NCBI GenBank assembly: GCA_951406725.2 | Contig: OX597819.1 | Location: forward strand, 80,104,001 to 80,168,000 | Length of the DNA: 64,000 nucleotides | Origin: Octopus vulgaris | Taxonomy: Eukaryota | Direction: 5' to 3' | Shown: positions 1-12,439 of the stretch, one piece after another | Layout: every line of letters begins with the position of its first letter | Numbering within the stretch: position 1 is the stretch's first letter | Made by a program: the position numbers and the translations under genes | The notes under the pieces: generated by a model | The model's database searches: none | Told to the model about the DNA's origin: nothing | Seen by the model: the letters and a program-made list of their open reading frames with translations, nothing else

Positions 1-1
1 T

Positions 2-397
2 TGGACTTACAAGGCAGAGGTAACAGCCATACGACCAAATGGGGAACCCAATTTGCGAAAGTATGTGAGAGCAGCTAAAAGTCCCTTCACAACCCGATAT
101 AACAACCACAGTTCCCCCTTCAACATCCCAGATAGATGTAACGCCACAACCCTGGTGAAGCACGTTTGGTCTTTGGAAGTAAGTGCCACCGAATACACCA
201 GAAAGTGGGCGAATTTAGAAAAAAGTAAACTGTACTTCAATAACAACAGGAAGTGCAGTTTATGCCTGGCTGAGGAAAGAGTGATTTTAAAGAGCACCCA
301 ACAGCCATACATTTGCCCGAATAGTAGAAGTGTAGTTCGTAATCCTTACCCACATGAAAGAAAGTACACCCTATCATACCTGCGCGCCCCATCATGA
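2..397 (+). mobile_element. Penelope-like element (PLE) GIY-YIG endonuclease C-terminal fragment, degenerate, cut by window start
   Basis: Frame 2 reads WTYKAEV...KYVR...FTTRYNNH...NATTLVKHVWSL...KW...KCSLCLAEE...NSRS...H. This matches the PLE GIY-YIG pattern (YKAxV..YIG..F..RY.NH..L.KHIW.L..C.LC..E..LN.RSE..H) and is paralogous to the ORF at 27115-27582. Confidence 0.85.
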
Positions 398-1024
398 CCA
401 TAATCTCCAGTTCCTCACCTTCGGCACTCCAGCAATACCTGTGAATCCGGCAAAGAGTTTAACTTGAACATACACTAACGTACCCACAAACACACTCGCT
501 TCAACACGGCTGACACCTACCCAGTAGACTCCACCCAATATAAACCCCTACACATATTGTCCCCTTACACACACCGTATAGACAAATTCCATTTCCACTA
601 GAACACCAACCTTAAGGGCTCATGCATTTCCCACAAACTTTTCCAGAAAACTGTTACCGACTTCTAGTATAACCATCCCAGTGAGGTGTCTTGGTACCAA
701 GGGACATAACCCTGAACTCAATACCCTACTCATGTCGTTTCATTATCTTTTTCACTGCAACCTCTTTTTAACAAATTTAAAAATATCTCTTTTCAACAAA
801 GTTATGAGGAAACACAGGTCGGCTAACGCGAATTTTCTTAAACACTTCTCCCCACTGACCCGAAGACTTTTCTTTTTCACAACAAATTCAGATAACATAA
901 TTGAAACCTACGACATCTAAAGTATATTTGAAGAAAATTCCACCAACAAATATTTATATATCTGAGATGTATACACATACACATATATATGTGTATGTGT
1001 ATATGTGTGTGTATAACTATATAT

Positions 1025-1070
1025 AAATATGTCTGATGAACGGCAACGAGAAACTCAGAGTAACAAATTT
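1025..1070 (+). ncRNA. Minimal type-I hammerhead ribozyme motif at the 3' terminus of the PLE
   Basis: AAAUAUGU CUGAUGA A CG-GCAA-CG A GAAA CUCAGAG UA ACAAAUUU. Stem I has 7/8 bp, stem III is the near-palindrome ACUCAGAGU, and the site is GUA. It is followed by AATAAA and a microsatellite. Confidence 0.7.
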
Positions 1071-1173
1071 TGTTGAATTTTCTGCTGCTTTAAATAAAGT
1101 ATATATGTGTGTGTGTATGTATGTATGCGTGTGTGTGTGTATATATACATATATATATATACACGAGCATGCA

Positions 1174-1549
1174 TTCTTTTATTTGCTTCAGTCTTTTTGA
1201 CTGCGGCCATGCTGGAGCACTGCCTTTAGTTGAACAAATCGACCACCGGACTTATTCTCTGTAAGCTTAGTGCATATTCTATCGGTCGCTAAGTTACGGG
1301 GAGGTAAACACACCAGCATCGGTTGTCAAGTGATGGTGGGAGGACAGACACACAAACATACACGCACACATACATATATACATATACATATACACATATA
1401 CATATAAATACGGCGAGCTTCTTTTCAGTTTCCGTCTACAAAATTCCCTCACAAGGATTTAGTAGGCCCGAGGTGCCACGCAATGTGACTGAACCAGGGA
1501 CCATGAGGTTGGTTAGCAAGCAACTTACCGCACAGCCACGCCTACGCCT
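1174..1549 (-). mobile_element. tRNA-derived SINE (SINE-A), near full length
   Basis: tRNA-like head with a B-box (GGTTCAGTC), an internal TA/CA tract and the tail GCTCCAGCATGGCCGCAGTCA; multiple copies in the window. Confidence 0.85.
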
Positions 1550-1561
1550 ATGTGTGTGTGT

Positions 1562-1595
<34 letters not shown>

Positions 1596-1853
1596 CTGTG
1601 TTTCTTATAAAATTTATTGGCAGTAACTAGGTAATTATTTTTCATTGGTTTATAAAGGCATGTTCTCTTAACATAATTGCATTTTAACTTGTAGCGCTAC
1701 GATTTGTATATGTCATGTTCTAGGTTCATTCAAGTTGTATATCTTGCCAGCATTATTTCCACATGCACACCATATGTATACTTGCGCATCTACATTATAG
1801 AATATATGACGCAATGATATCAAACCAATGTAAAAAATACCGTATTCGTACTA

Positions 1854-1903
<50 letters not shown>

Positions 1904-2159
1904 TTGTGTGTGTGTGTGTTCTAATAAAAAGTTAGATCTAAATTCAAAATTTGAACTGCATTTTGTATGCGTCGCTAATATTATGCCGGCAAAGCACGTT
2001 TACTACTAATGGCTACCTGGTGCCATCCACGGTAATTGCACAACCATCGCAGGATGTACGTTAATAATTCCTCAGTGCACGCAGAGCATAGTAGAAACAA
2101 TTTCTCTATCTTCCGTATCAATTGTTTCTACTATTTATACACATACATGAATGAATTTG

Positions 2160-2456
2160 GGATTGCTCCTAGAAAGTTACCCTCCGAAGCACAAGTCCGG
2201 GAAAGGTTGTTTGTGGGCAAGGTTGTAGTCGTCCATGCATACCAGCCTCCCTTCTCCACACCACTGATGTTATCCAAGGGAAACCCAAAGGCCGATACAG
2301 CTTGGCACCAGTGATGTCGCAACTCATTTTTACAGCTGAGTGAATTGGAGCAACGTGAAATAAAGTGTCTTGCTCAAGAACACAACACGCAGCCCGGTTC
2401 GGGCATCGAACTCAAAACCTCACGATCGTTAAGCTCGACGCTCTAACCACTGAGCG
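2160..2456 (-). mobile_element. tRNA-derived SINE (SINE-C)
   Basis: Reverse complement of the family at 7430-7769 and 23743-24081. Confidence 0.85.
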
Positions 2457-2799
2457 GACATATATTGATGAATAGACTGACAGATAGACATAGGTATGCA
2501 TGTATATTTAATGGGATAGGGCAAGATACGGAAAGAGAGAGAATGAGTGGGGCAGTAAGAACAGGCAATATGCAGACTGCCGGACTGGAAGTTTTAGCAT
2601 TATCGTTTCATTGCAGCATTCTCCATTCCTCGGATACTCCTTTAAGCTCAGCAGATAATCAGTGGACATTCTATAGCAGTCTTCTTGAAGACAGTTCCAT
2701 CAACAACTAGCTCCACTCGTCTGTACGTACTCTCCTTCTCCGACTGTTTCCTCAATGCCTCACTTTCATCTAAAAACGACACTTTCTCCCTATATCACT

Positions 2800-2941
2800 T
2801 TATACACACACACAAACACACACACACAAACACATATATATACACATATATGTGTGTGTGTATAAGTATGCATATTTATACATGTATGTATATATATATA
2901 TATATATATACATGTGTGTATAAGATGTGTTCATGTGCATG

Positions 2942-3025
<84 letters not shown>

Positions 3026-3263
3026 TACATATCTATAAATATTGAATATATGCACAAATATATCTGCATATATGTATAGATATACATACACACACACACA
3101 CACACACACACACGTGTATTATGTGTGCGTATTATATACATATTTATATGCATATACATAAATGTATAATTATATATATATATATATATATTCACTATTT
3201 TCTATTTCTTTCTCTCCGACCTCTCTTTCTCTCTTTCCTCTCCCTCCTCCGTTGCACCCTCCG

Positions 3264-3297
<34 letters not shown>

Positions 3298-3350
3298 CCT
3301 CTCTCACTCTCCCCCCTCCCCGTCTCGTTCCCTCTAATTCTCTCTCTAAT
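2800..3350. repeat. Compound (CA)n/(TA)n/(CT)n microsatellite
   Basis: Direct reading. Confidence 0.9.
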
Positions 3351-3639
3351 CTAAATATGGTGTGTAAGCAGCCAGACATAACGACGCTTCATCAGTCCTG
3401 GCATCTTGCAATGTTAATTCTACGGTTTGATCTCAATAACAATTAAGGACGACATGATGGCTGTGAAACTCATACAGCCATCAATCTATGTCATTTCATA
3501 AATTTCTTCTTGCTATTTTTTTTTTGAATTTTTTTTTATTTATTTATCAATTTATTTATATATTTTTTGCCCTTGCTTTATTATTAGCTTTGTTATTCTG
3601 TTTCTTTTTTTACGTTTTTTTCTTTATATTTTTCTGTTG

Positions 3640-4394
3640 GTTGATGGTTGCTTAGTGTAGCTTGTTAGTGATGTTGGTGTTGTTGTTGGTATGGTCGTTG
3701 TTGTTGTTGGTGAAGTGGTGGCGATGGTTGTAGTGTTGGTGGTTGGTGTTGATGTTGATGTTAGTGTTTGCGTAGGTGGTGTTTGTGCTGGTGGTGGTGG
3801 TGGTGGTAATGGTTGTGATGGTGGTGATACTTCTGTGTGCTTGTTGTTATAGCAACAGCGGTGTTAGCTTTTTGTTGTTGCTCTGGTGGTGGTGGTGGTG
3901 TTGTTGCTCTGGTGGTGGTGGTGGTGATGGCGGTGATGATGATGTTGGTGGTGTTGGAGGTCGGGATGGTGGTGGTGATGTTGGTGGTGGTGTTTGTGGT
4001 GGTTGTGTTGATACTGGTAGTGGTGGCGGGGCTAGTGATGGTAGTGGCACTGGGGGGTCTTGCGGTGATTATGGTGTTGGTGCTGGTAATGGTGGTAGTG
4101 TGAGTGGTGAAGACGATTGTATTGGTTGTGCTGTTGGTGCTAATGCTTGTGGAAGTAGTGGTTGGTGGTGGTGGTGGTGGTGATTTCGGTAGTGGTGGTC
4201 TTGATGTTAGAGTTGCATTGTCATTGTTATGGTAGTGGTGGCGGTGGTGTTAGCTTATTTCGTAGTGGTGGTGGTGATGGTGGTAGTGGCGGTGATGGTG
4301 GTGGTGGTGGTGGCGTCAGCGATGTTGTTGCTATTTATTGCTCTTCTTCTTCTTCTTCTTCTTCTTCTTCTTCTTCTTCTTCTTCTTCTTCTTC

Positions 4395-4465
<71 letters not shown>

Positions 4466-4800
4466 TTATCATCATGTTGTTGAGGTTGTCGACGATGGAG
4501 GTGTTAGGTGTTGTTATAGCTGCTAGCATTCATGTTGTTATTACTATTACTGTTATTGTGTTTGCTGTAATTGTTGTTGTTGTTGTTGTTATTGATTGCG
4601 ACTGTTGCTGGGGTTGGTGGTAGTGGCAGTGGTGCAGATATTGGTATTATTGCTGTTAAAGAATTCGCTGTTGTTGTTGTAGTTATTACAGGCGATGGTT
4701 CTGGTGTCGGCTGCGTTGTTTTTGTTATGGCTGATCTTCGCATTTGGCGAAGTTAATGTTTGTTTGTTGCTGGTAGTACAGTAGTAATAGTTGTTATTAT
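3640..4800. repeat. Degenerate (GGT/GTT/GAT)n tract containing pure (TCT)n-(TCA)n at 4342-4465
   Basis: Direct reading; source of the spurious poly-V/G/S/H ORFs. Confidence 0.9.
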
Positions 4801-4801
4801 T

Positions 4802-6081
4802 AAGGTGGCGAAGGCGGGGAGATGGCAGAATCGTTAGCAAGCCGGGCAAGATGCTTAGCGGCATTTCATCCGTCTTTACGTTCTGAGTTCAAATTCCGCC
4901 GAGTTCAACTTCGCCTTTAATCCATTCGGGGCCGATAAAATAAGTACCAGTTACGCAGTGGGGCCTAATGTAATCGACTTAAGTCCTCCCCACAAATTTC
5001 AGGCCTTGTGCCTGATAGCAGAAAAGATTATTTAGGTGGCGAGCTGGCAGAATCATTTGCACGCCCGCCGAAATATTTAGCGGCCTTTCATCCGTCCTTA
5101 TGTTCTGAGTTCAATTCCATCATAGTCGACTTTGCCTTTCAACCTTTTGGGGGTCGATAAAATAAGTACCAGTCAAGCACTGGGGTCGATGTAATCGACT
5201 AACCCCCTCCCAACAAATTTCAGCCCTTGTGCTTTTAGCAGAAAGGCTTGTTAAGGCAGTGAACTGGTCGAACTGTTTGCACGCCTGGGTAAATGCTTAG
5301 CGGTATTTAGTCCCTCTTTGTAATCTGAGTTCAAATTCCACCGAGATCGAATTTGTCTTTCATTTTACGGGGTCGATAAAATAAGAACCTTCTGAGAACT
5401 GGAGTCAGTCTAATCGACTTACCTCCACCCACGAACTTGCTGGCCTTGTGCCAAAATTTGAAATCGTTATAATTATTATCATTAAGTTCGTGTAGGACAG
5501 TGGTCTGTTGGAGTCGTTAGCACGCTGGACAAGATGCTTAGTAACATGGTTCTTTTCGTTCAGACTTTAAATTCCATCGATGTCGACTTTGCATTTCATC
5601 CTCCAGGAATCGATAAAATAAGCGACAGTGAAGAATGGGGGTCGGGTAATCGACTAGCTCATCCTCTTAAAATTTCAGGCCTTGTCCCTATAATAGAAAG
5701 AATTGCCCGTTTGAGACAAGCTCTACATACACGAAAGTGCCATCAGACGGGCTTGTCCTAAATTAATCCGTTCTGCATGCACTTGTTCAGTTTCTGGCCA
5801 TGGCTGACTTGTGGAGCTTTGTTGGACGGATTCGATTATCAGCCGAATCTATCGTGAAGAATGTCCCGTCACCTTCTTTTGGCCGGGAAGTGAAGAGAGC
5901 TTTCTTCTGCTTAGGACGGCATTTCGTCTGTCTTTACGTTCTGAGTTCAAATTCCGCCGATGTCGACTTAAATTTTATCCGTTCGGAGTCGGCAAGTTAA
6001 GTACCAGTCGAGTACTGGAGTCGATGTAATCGACTATCTCTAAAATTTTAAGCCTTGTGCCTATAGTAGAAAGGATTATTA

Positions 6082-6140
<59 letters not shown>

Positions 6141-6596
6141 GAAGTTGATAAAGCGGCGAGCCGGTCATCTCGTTTACACGCCGGACTAAATTATTTAACG
6201 GTATTTTGTCCGCCTGTTCATTGTGTATTCGAATTCTGTCGAGATCGACCCATCACCTGCTGTCCTTTCGGGGTCGATAAAGTAAGAACCAGTCAGGTAC
6301 TGGGATCGAAGTAATCGATTAGCCTCTCTGCCAAACCATCAGGCTTTGTGCCTCTACAGCAGAAAAAATTATTACAGTGGCATAAGGCGGCGACTGGCCG
6401 AATCGTTAGCACGCTGGTTCAAAATGCTTAGCGATATTTCATCCGTCTATACGTTCTGAGTTCAAATTCCTACGAGGTCGACTTTTAATCCCTTCAGAAT
6501 CGATTAGATAATTACCTGTAAAAGCATTGGGCTCGATATACTCGAATCACCTTTTCCTAAAAATTACTGATTTTGTGCCAACAATAGAGAGAAATA
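4802..6596 (+). mobile_element. Head-to-tail array of about 7 diverged SINE-B copies (~220 bp each)
   Basis: Repeated unit AAGGCGGCGAGCTGGCAGAATCGTTAGCAC...CTGAGTTCAAATTCCGCCGAGGTCGACTTTGCCTTTCATCC...GGGGTCGATAAAATAAGTACCAG...GGCCTTGTGCC; units start near 4802, 5033, 5252, 5495, 5915 (headless), 6150 and 6383. Confidence 0.85.
5704..5912 (+). mobile_element. L1/Tx1-like LINE ORF2 C-terminal (Cys/His) fragment inside the SINE array
   Basis: Translates LPV*DKLYIH...RACPK / SVLHALVQ..ADLWSFVGRIRLSAESIVKNVPSPSFGREVKRAFFCL, homologous to VRRIRQLAESVVRIAPPPSFNRAGKAVFLCL at about 50475-50570. Confidence 0.75.
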
Positions 6597-7215
6597 TTCT
6601 TTACTACTCTAGGTGCAAGGCCCGGAATTTTCGGTCAGGGGACCAGTCGATTAGATCGACTCCAGTACTCAACTGGTACTTAATTTATCGACCTCGAAAG
6701 GATAAAAGGCAAAGTTGACATCAGCGGAATTTGAACTCAGAACGTTAAGATAGAAGAAATACCGCTAAGCATTCCCTGCCCCCCGGCGTACTAACATTTC
6801 TTATTTCTTTACTGACCACAAGGGGCTACATACAGAGGGGAGAAACAAGGACAGATAAACGGATTAAGTCGATTATATCGACTCCAGTATGTAACTGGTA
6901 CTTATTTAATCGAACCCGAAAGGATGAAAGGCAAAGTTGATCTCAGCGGAATTTGAACTCAGAACGTATAGATAGAGGAAATACCTATTTCTTTACTACC
7001 CACAAGGGGCTAAACACAGAGGGGACAAACAAGGACAGACAAATGGATTAAGTCGATTACATCGACCCCCAGGTCGATGTAACTGGTACTTATTTAATCG
7101 ACCCCAAAATGACGAAAGGCGAAGTCGACCTCGGCGGAATTTGAACTCAGAACACGAAGATAGACGAAATACGACTAAGCATTTCGTCCAGCGTTTCTGA
7201 CAGCTCGACGCCTTA
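6597..7215 (-). mobile_element. SINE-B trimer on the minus strand (two units carry the alternative tail)
   Basis: Reverse complement of the SINE-B unit; the tail GTCTGTCCTTGTTT..CCCCTCTGT.T.TAGCCCCTTGTGG..AGTAAAGAAATA occurs twice. Confidence 0.85.
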
Positions 7216-7229
7216 ATAGAAAGAAATAT

Positions 7230-7429
7230 TAAAGCGACGATCTGGTTGAATTGTTAGCACGCCGGACAAATAGCTTAATGGAATTTCTCCCGGCTCTATG
7301 TGTTTTGAGTCCAAATCCCGACGTCCAGGTCGTTTCGGGTTGGATAAAATAAGGACCAGCTGAGTACTGAGGTCGATGTGATCCACTAGCTCCCTCACAA
7401 TAAAATTTCAGGCGTTGTACCTACAGAAG
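7230..7429 (+). mobile_element. Diverged SINE-B copy, tail interrupted by SINE-C
   Basis: Similarity to the SINE-B unit. Confidence 0.7.
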
Positions 7430-7769
7430 TGAAGGCGCGTGGCTCAGTGGTTAGAGCGTCGAGCTTACGATCGTGAGGTACTGAGCTCGAATCCCAGACC
7501 GGGCTGCGTGTTGTGTTCTTGAGCAAGACGCTTTATTTCACGTTGCTCCAGTTCACTCAGCTGTAGAAATGAGTTGCGACGTCACAGGTGCCAAGCTGTA
7601 TCGGCCCCTTTGCCTTTCCCTTGGATAACACTGGTGACGTGGAGAGGGGAGGCCAGTGTGCATGGGCGACTACTGGTCTTCCATAAAAACAACCTTGCCC
7701 AGACTTGTGCCTCAGAGGGTAACTCTCTAGGAGCAATCCCACGGTCAGTGTCTGACCCAAGGGGGTCAC
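7430..7769 (+). mobile_element. Full-length tRNA-derived SINE-C with 11-bp TSD
   Basis: A-box TGGCTCAGTGG and B-box-like GCTCGAATCC; TSD ACCTACAGAAG at 7419-7429 and 7770-7780. Confidence 0.9.
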
Positions 7770-8040
7770 ACCTACAGAAGAAATGATTATCATTTAAGTT
7801 GATGTTGCTGTACTCTGCTATGCATTGCTTTAGCATTTGTGATTGTTGTTGTTATTGAACTATATATATTATACGTAGTATGATGGTTCTTGTTGTTAAT
7901 GTTGCAGTTGTTCCAATTGTTGTTGTCGTTGTTGCTGCTATTGGGTTTCATGGTGTCTTTTTTTTTATATTTCTGTCTCACTTTATTATGCTTTCCTCTC
8001 CACTTTTCTATTAAGGTCTCACATTTTCGGCTCCTAATCT

Positions 8041-8087
<47 letters not shown>

Positions 8088-8091
<4 letters not shown>

Positions 8092-8460
8092 TTGTTTCAG
8101 TCATTTGACTGCGGCCATGTTGTAGCACTGCCTTTAGTCGAGCAAATCGACCCCAGGACTTATTCTTTGTAAGCTTAGTACTTATTCTATCGATCTTTTT
8201 TTACCGAAACGCTAAGTTACGGGGACGTAAACACCAGCATCGGTTGTCGAGCGATGTTGGGGAGGACAAACACACACATATACATATACATATATACGAC
8301 AGGCTTCTTTCAGTTTCCGTCTACCAAATCTACTCATAAGGCTTTGGTCGGCCCGAAGCTATAGTAGAAGACACTTGCCTAAGGTGCCAGGCAGTGGGAC
8401 TGAACCCGGAACGATGTGGTTGGTAAGCAAGTTACTTACCACACAGCCACTCCTGCGCCT
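8088..8460 (-). mobile_element. SINE-A, full length
   Basis: High similarity to 1174-1549 and 10825-11246; tail abuts (CT)n. Confidence 0.9.
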
Positions 8461-8529
8461 ATATTTTTTATTTTATTTTATTTTATCGAATTCGTTCTGT
8501 AATCGATTAGCATACAGCATGATAGAAAG

Positions 8530-8582
8530 TGGTGATGGTGGTGGTAACGATGATGATAATTAAGATGTGTGATAATGGTGAC

Positions 8583-8619
<37 letters not shown>

Positions 8620-9330
8620 TGGATGATGATGATGATGATGATGATCACGACGATGTCGATGATAACGATGACGATGATAATGATGATGATGATGCTGAAG
8701 ATGTTGGTGACGATAATGATGATGATGATGTCGATGATGATGATGATGATAATTATAATGATAGCGGTGGTAGTGGTGGTGTTGGTGGCGACGGCAGTAA
8801 TTATGGTGGGCATGGTGTTGTAAGTGTTACTGAAAGTGTCGATGGTAATAAGGGTGGTGGTGGTGGTGGGGATGATGGTTGCGGTTGCAGTCGTGGTAGC
8901 GATGGCGTTGTTGGTGGTATAGTTCAGGTGTTGTGGTAGTAGCGGCAGAAGTTCTTGTGGGAGTGAAAGTGGTTGTGTTCGTCGTGGTTGCAGTTGCAGT
9001 AATGGTAGCGATGGTATTATTGGTGATGGTAGCGTTGATACTTAGTTTACGTTTTGAGGTGGTAGTGGTCGATGTGCAAGTGGTGGCGGCAGTGGTGGTG
9101 GTGGTGGTGGCAGTGGTGGTGGTGGTGGTGCTGGTGGTGGTGGTGATGGTGGTGGTGGGTTTAGTTGTAGTCACGGTGGTGGTGAAGGTGGTGGCGGTGG
9201 TATTCCTGATAGTGTCGGCGGTAAGTCTCCGAAAGTGGTATAATTGATAATAGAGGAAATAGCTCTTGTTGGTATTGCTGTTGTTGCTGCTACTGATTGG
9301 AGTTGTGATCGTAATAAGAAGCATCGATTA
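8530..9330. repeat. Degenerate (GAT)n/(GGT)n low-complexity tract
   Basis: Direct reading. Confidence 0.9.
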
Positions 9331-9344
9331 TAATGATTGCTTAT

Positions 9345-10078
9345 AATATTCTTTTCTATTCTAGGCACAAGGACCGAAATTTTGGGGCAGGAGGCGAGTC
9401 GATAAGACCGACCCCAGCAGAGGACTGGTACTTAATATATCGACCCCGAAAGGATGAAAGGTAAAGTCGACCTCGGCGAAATTTGAACTCAGAACATAAA
9501 GACAGACGAAATACCGCTAAGTATTGCCCTGGGCGTGCTAACGTTTCTACCAGCTCACCGCCTTCGTAGCTTATAATATTATTTTCCACTCTAGACACAA
9601 GGCTGGAAATTTTGGGGGAGGAGCCCAGTCGATTAGATCGATCCCAGATAAAGACAGATGAAGTACCGTTAAGCATTTCACTCGGTATGCTAACGATTCT
9701 ACCAGCTCACCGCCCTTTTATTTTAGAGCAGTGGGGCAGTCGATTAGATCGGCCTTAGTGCATAACTGGTACTTATTTAATCGACCCCGAAAGGATGATA
9801 GGCAAAGTCGGCCTCGGCGGAATTTGAACTCAGAACGTAAAGACAGACGAAATACCTATTTCTTTACTACCCACAAGTGGCTAAACACAGAGAGGACAAA
9901 CAAGGACAGACAAACGGATTAAGTCGATTATATCGACCCCAGTGCGTAACTGGTACTTATTTAATCGATCCCGAAAGGATGAAAGGCTAAGTCGACCTCG
10001 GCGGAATTTGAACTCAGAACGTAGCGACAACGAAATACCGCAAAGCATTTTGCCCGGCGTACTAATGATTCTGCCTAC
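9345..10078 (-). mobile_element. Array of about 4 SINE-B units (minus)
   Basis: Repeated reverse-complement SINE-B units, including a tail/body junction at 9856|9857. Confidence 0.85.
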
Positions 10079-10099
10079 CTTATAATATTAATCACACCA

Positions 10100-10605
10100 G
10101 GGTGGCGATTTGGCAGAATTGTTTGAACGTCAGACTAAATTCCTAATAGCACTATCTTTACGACGCTTAATATTCTGCTGTCGTGGTCAATTCTGTTTTG
10201 TTTTTTTATATCTTTTGGGTGGTGATAAGATAAAGTATCAGTCTAGTATTAAGGTCCATTTAATTCTTCCAGCACCTAAATTTCTGACATTGTGCCTAAG
10301 ATAGTAATTATTATTTGTTGGTCACGTCGACGACGTTGACGACTGTGATGATAATGATGCTGGTGACCATGTTTGTGCCAATGTAGTCAAGGTAATAAGC
10401 ATGAGGCACTTTATGTAGGAAACTATTTAGGTATTTAGGTGACCACATTGAGCCCTGTACTTGAGTGTAATTTGTTTTTATCGACCCCAGAAGGATAAAA
10501 TGCAAAGCTGGCCACGATGGAACGTTAACTGAGAATGTAAAGAACCGGAAGAAATATTGCATAACATTTTGTTCGACGCTCAAGCGCTTCTAAATCACCG
10601 TCTTG
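10100..10605. mobile_element. Two old SINE-B relics (plus ~10100-10300, minus ~10440-10605)
   Basis: Degenerate matches to SINE-B motifs (GGTGGCGATTTGGCAGAA; TTTATCGACCCCAGAAGGATAAAA). Confidence 0.6.
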
Positions 10606-10644
10606 AAATGGTGAAAAGTTATACTGATAGTGATAAGCCCTGGA

Positions 10645-10785
10645 ATAGCCATGTGAATAAGAAGCTCACTTTTCAACTACATAATTTTAGGTTCAATATC
10701 ACTTCGCACGTCTTGGGCGAGTGCCTTCTTTTATAACCACGGGCCACCTATGCCTTGCGAATGAATGTGGTAGACAGAAATTGTT
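10645..10785 (+). mobile_element. Diverged SINE-A head
   Basis: GGTTCAATATCACT..CTTGGGCGAGTG..GCCTTGCGAATGAATGTGGTAGACAGAAA matches the SINE-A 5' half. Confidence 0.6.
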
Positions 10786-10824
10786 AATTTTCTTTGTAGT
10801 GTTGGGACGATTGTGATAACTCTC

Positions 10825-11246
10825 TTTATTCTTTTACTTGTTTCAGTCATTTGACTGTGGTCATGCTGGAGCACCGCCTTTTAGTCTAGCAAATCGACAC
10901 CAGGACTTATTCTTTGTTAGCCTAGTACTTATTCTATCGGTCACTTTTGCCGAACCGCTAAGTAACGGGGACGTAAACACACCAGCATCGGTTGTCAAGC
11001 GATGTTGGGGGCACAAACACAGATACACAAACATATACACACACACATACATATATGTATGCTTACGAACTACATGGTTTCGGGTTCCGGCTTCTTTCAG
11101 TTTCCGTCAACCAAATCCACTCATAAGTTTTGGTCGATCCGAGGCTATAGTAGAAGACACTTATCCAAAGTACCACGCAGTGGGACGGAACCTGAAACTA
11201 TGTAGTTCGTAAGCAAGCTACTTACCACTCAGCCACTCCTACGCCT
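10825..11246 (-). mobile_element. SINE-A
   Basis: Similarity to 8088-8460. Confidence 0.9.
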
Positions 11247-12000
11247 AAAAGGAAAAAAACAATATAAATTTGGTTGCCTTGATTCTGGTAGAGTTCATAA
11301 GCATAATGGTAATAGTGATGGTGGTGATGGCGGTGGCGGTGGTGATAGAGGTAAAAGCGGTGGCGACACGTGAGGCGATAGTGCTGGCATTAATAGTATT
11401 GACGGTAGGGTTGTGGTTGATCATAGAAGAATTAATAGCAGTATAGATTGAGGTTTTAATAATGGTGATATAAAGAGAGAGAAAAAAAAAGATATTATTC
11501 AGTAAAATAGATAGATATTAAGCAGAATACCAGTGAAAGAATTACTAAGTAGTCTGAATGCTAAACATACTGATTACATAATCAATATATGTGTGTATGT
11601 GCGAGCGCGCGTGCGTATGTGTGTGTGTGTGCTTATACTGTGTATGTGTGTGTGCGTGTGCGTGTGCATTCGAAGCTGAGATTGCTCCGCCCGGTGTCGC
11701 GACGCTGAGTTCCACGTTTCCATATTTAGGAGCAATATGTAAACGAATATACTCTACTATAATGGACTTGTGTTTGTGTGTGTGTGTGTGTGTGTGTGCG
11801 TGTGTGTAGTCAAATCGAAAAATCGAACATTAAAAATTACAAAACAAAACGGTGTGCACATGGAATGTATTAGTTTGATGCTCGCTAAAAAAGTTTTTGA
11901 TGCTTCGAGCATAGCTCTTCGTCAGAAAGGAAAACGGAAAAGCCTAAGTAAGGAAATAGCTCGTGTGTGGTTACATATATGTATGCATTTATGTATGTAC

Positions 12001-12091
<91 letters not shown>

Positions 12092-12101
12092 TACATATAT
12101 T

Positions 12102-12139
<38 letters not shown>

Positions 12140-12141
12140 GA

Positions 12142-12215
<74 letters not shown>

Positions 12216-12216
<1 letters not shown>

Positions 12217-12420
12217 TACTTGTTTCAGTCATTTGACTGCGGCCATGCTGGAGCACCGCCTTTTGAGTACAGCAGGGATCACCACCTCCTGCCGGAGCCT
12301 CGTGGAGCTTTTAGGTGTTTTCGCTCAATAAACACACACAACGCCCGGTCTGGGAATCGAAACCGCGATCCTCCGACCGCAAGTCCGCTGCCCTAACCAC
12401 TAGGCCATTGCGCCTCCACA
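12216..12420 (-). mobile_element. SINE-A 3' stub (12216-12264) joined to the SINE-D 5' half (12265-12420)
   Basis: Matches the SINE-A tail and the reverse complement of about 18374-18530. Confidence 0.85.
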
Positions 12421-12439
12421 TATATATATATTATATATA

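Noticed and set aside
3385-3500. Minus-strand GAAA...GUC...CUGAUGA resembling a type-II hammerhead
   Set aside because: Stem III forms, but stems I and II cannot pair in register.
4802-7215. Regularly spaced repeats resembling a CRISPR array
   Set aside because: Units are ~220-bp diverged SINEs in eukaryotic DNA, with no unique spacers and no cas genes.
7430-7505. tRNA-like sequences here and at 18374, 13694 and 23743
   Set aside because: They are SINE heads with downstream bodies and TSDs, and no complete acceptor stem.
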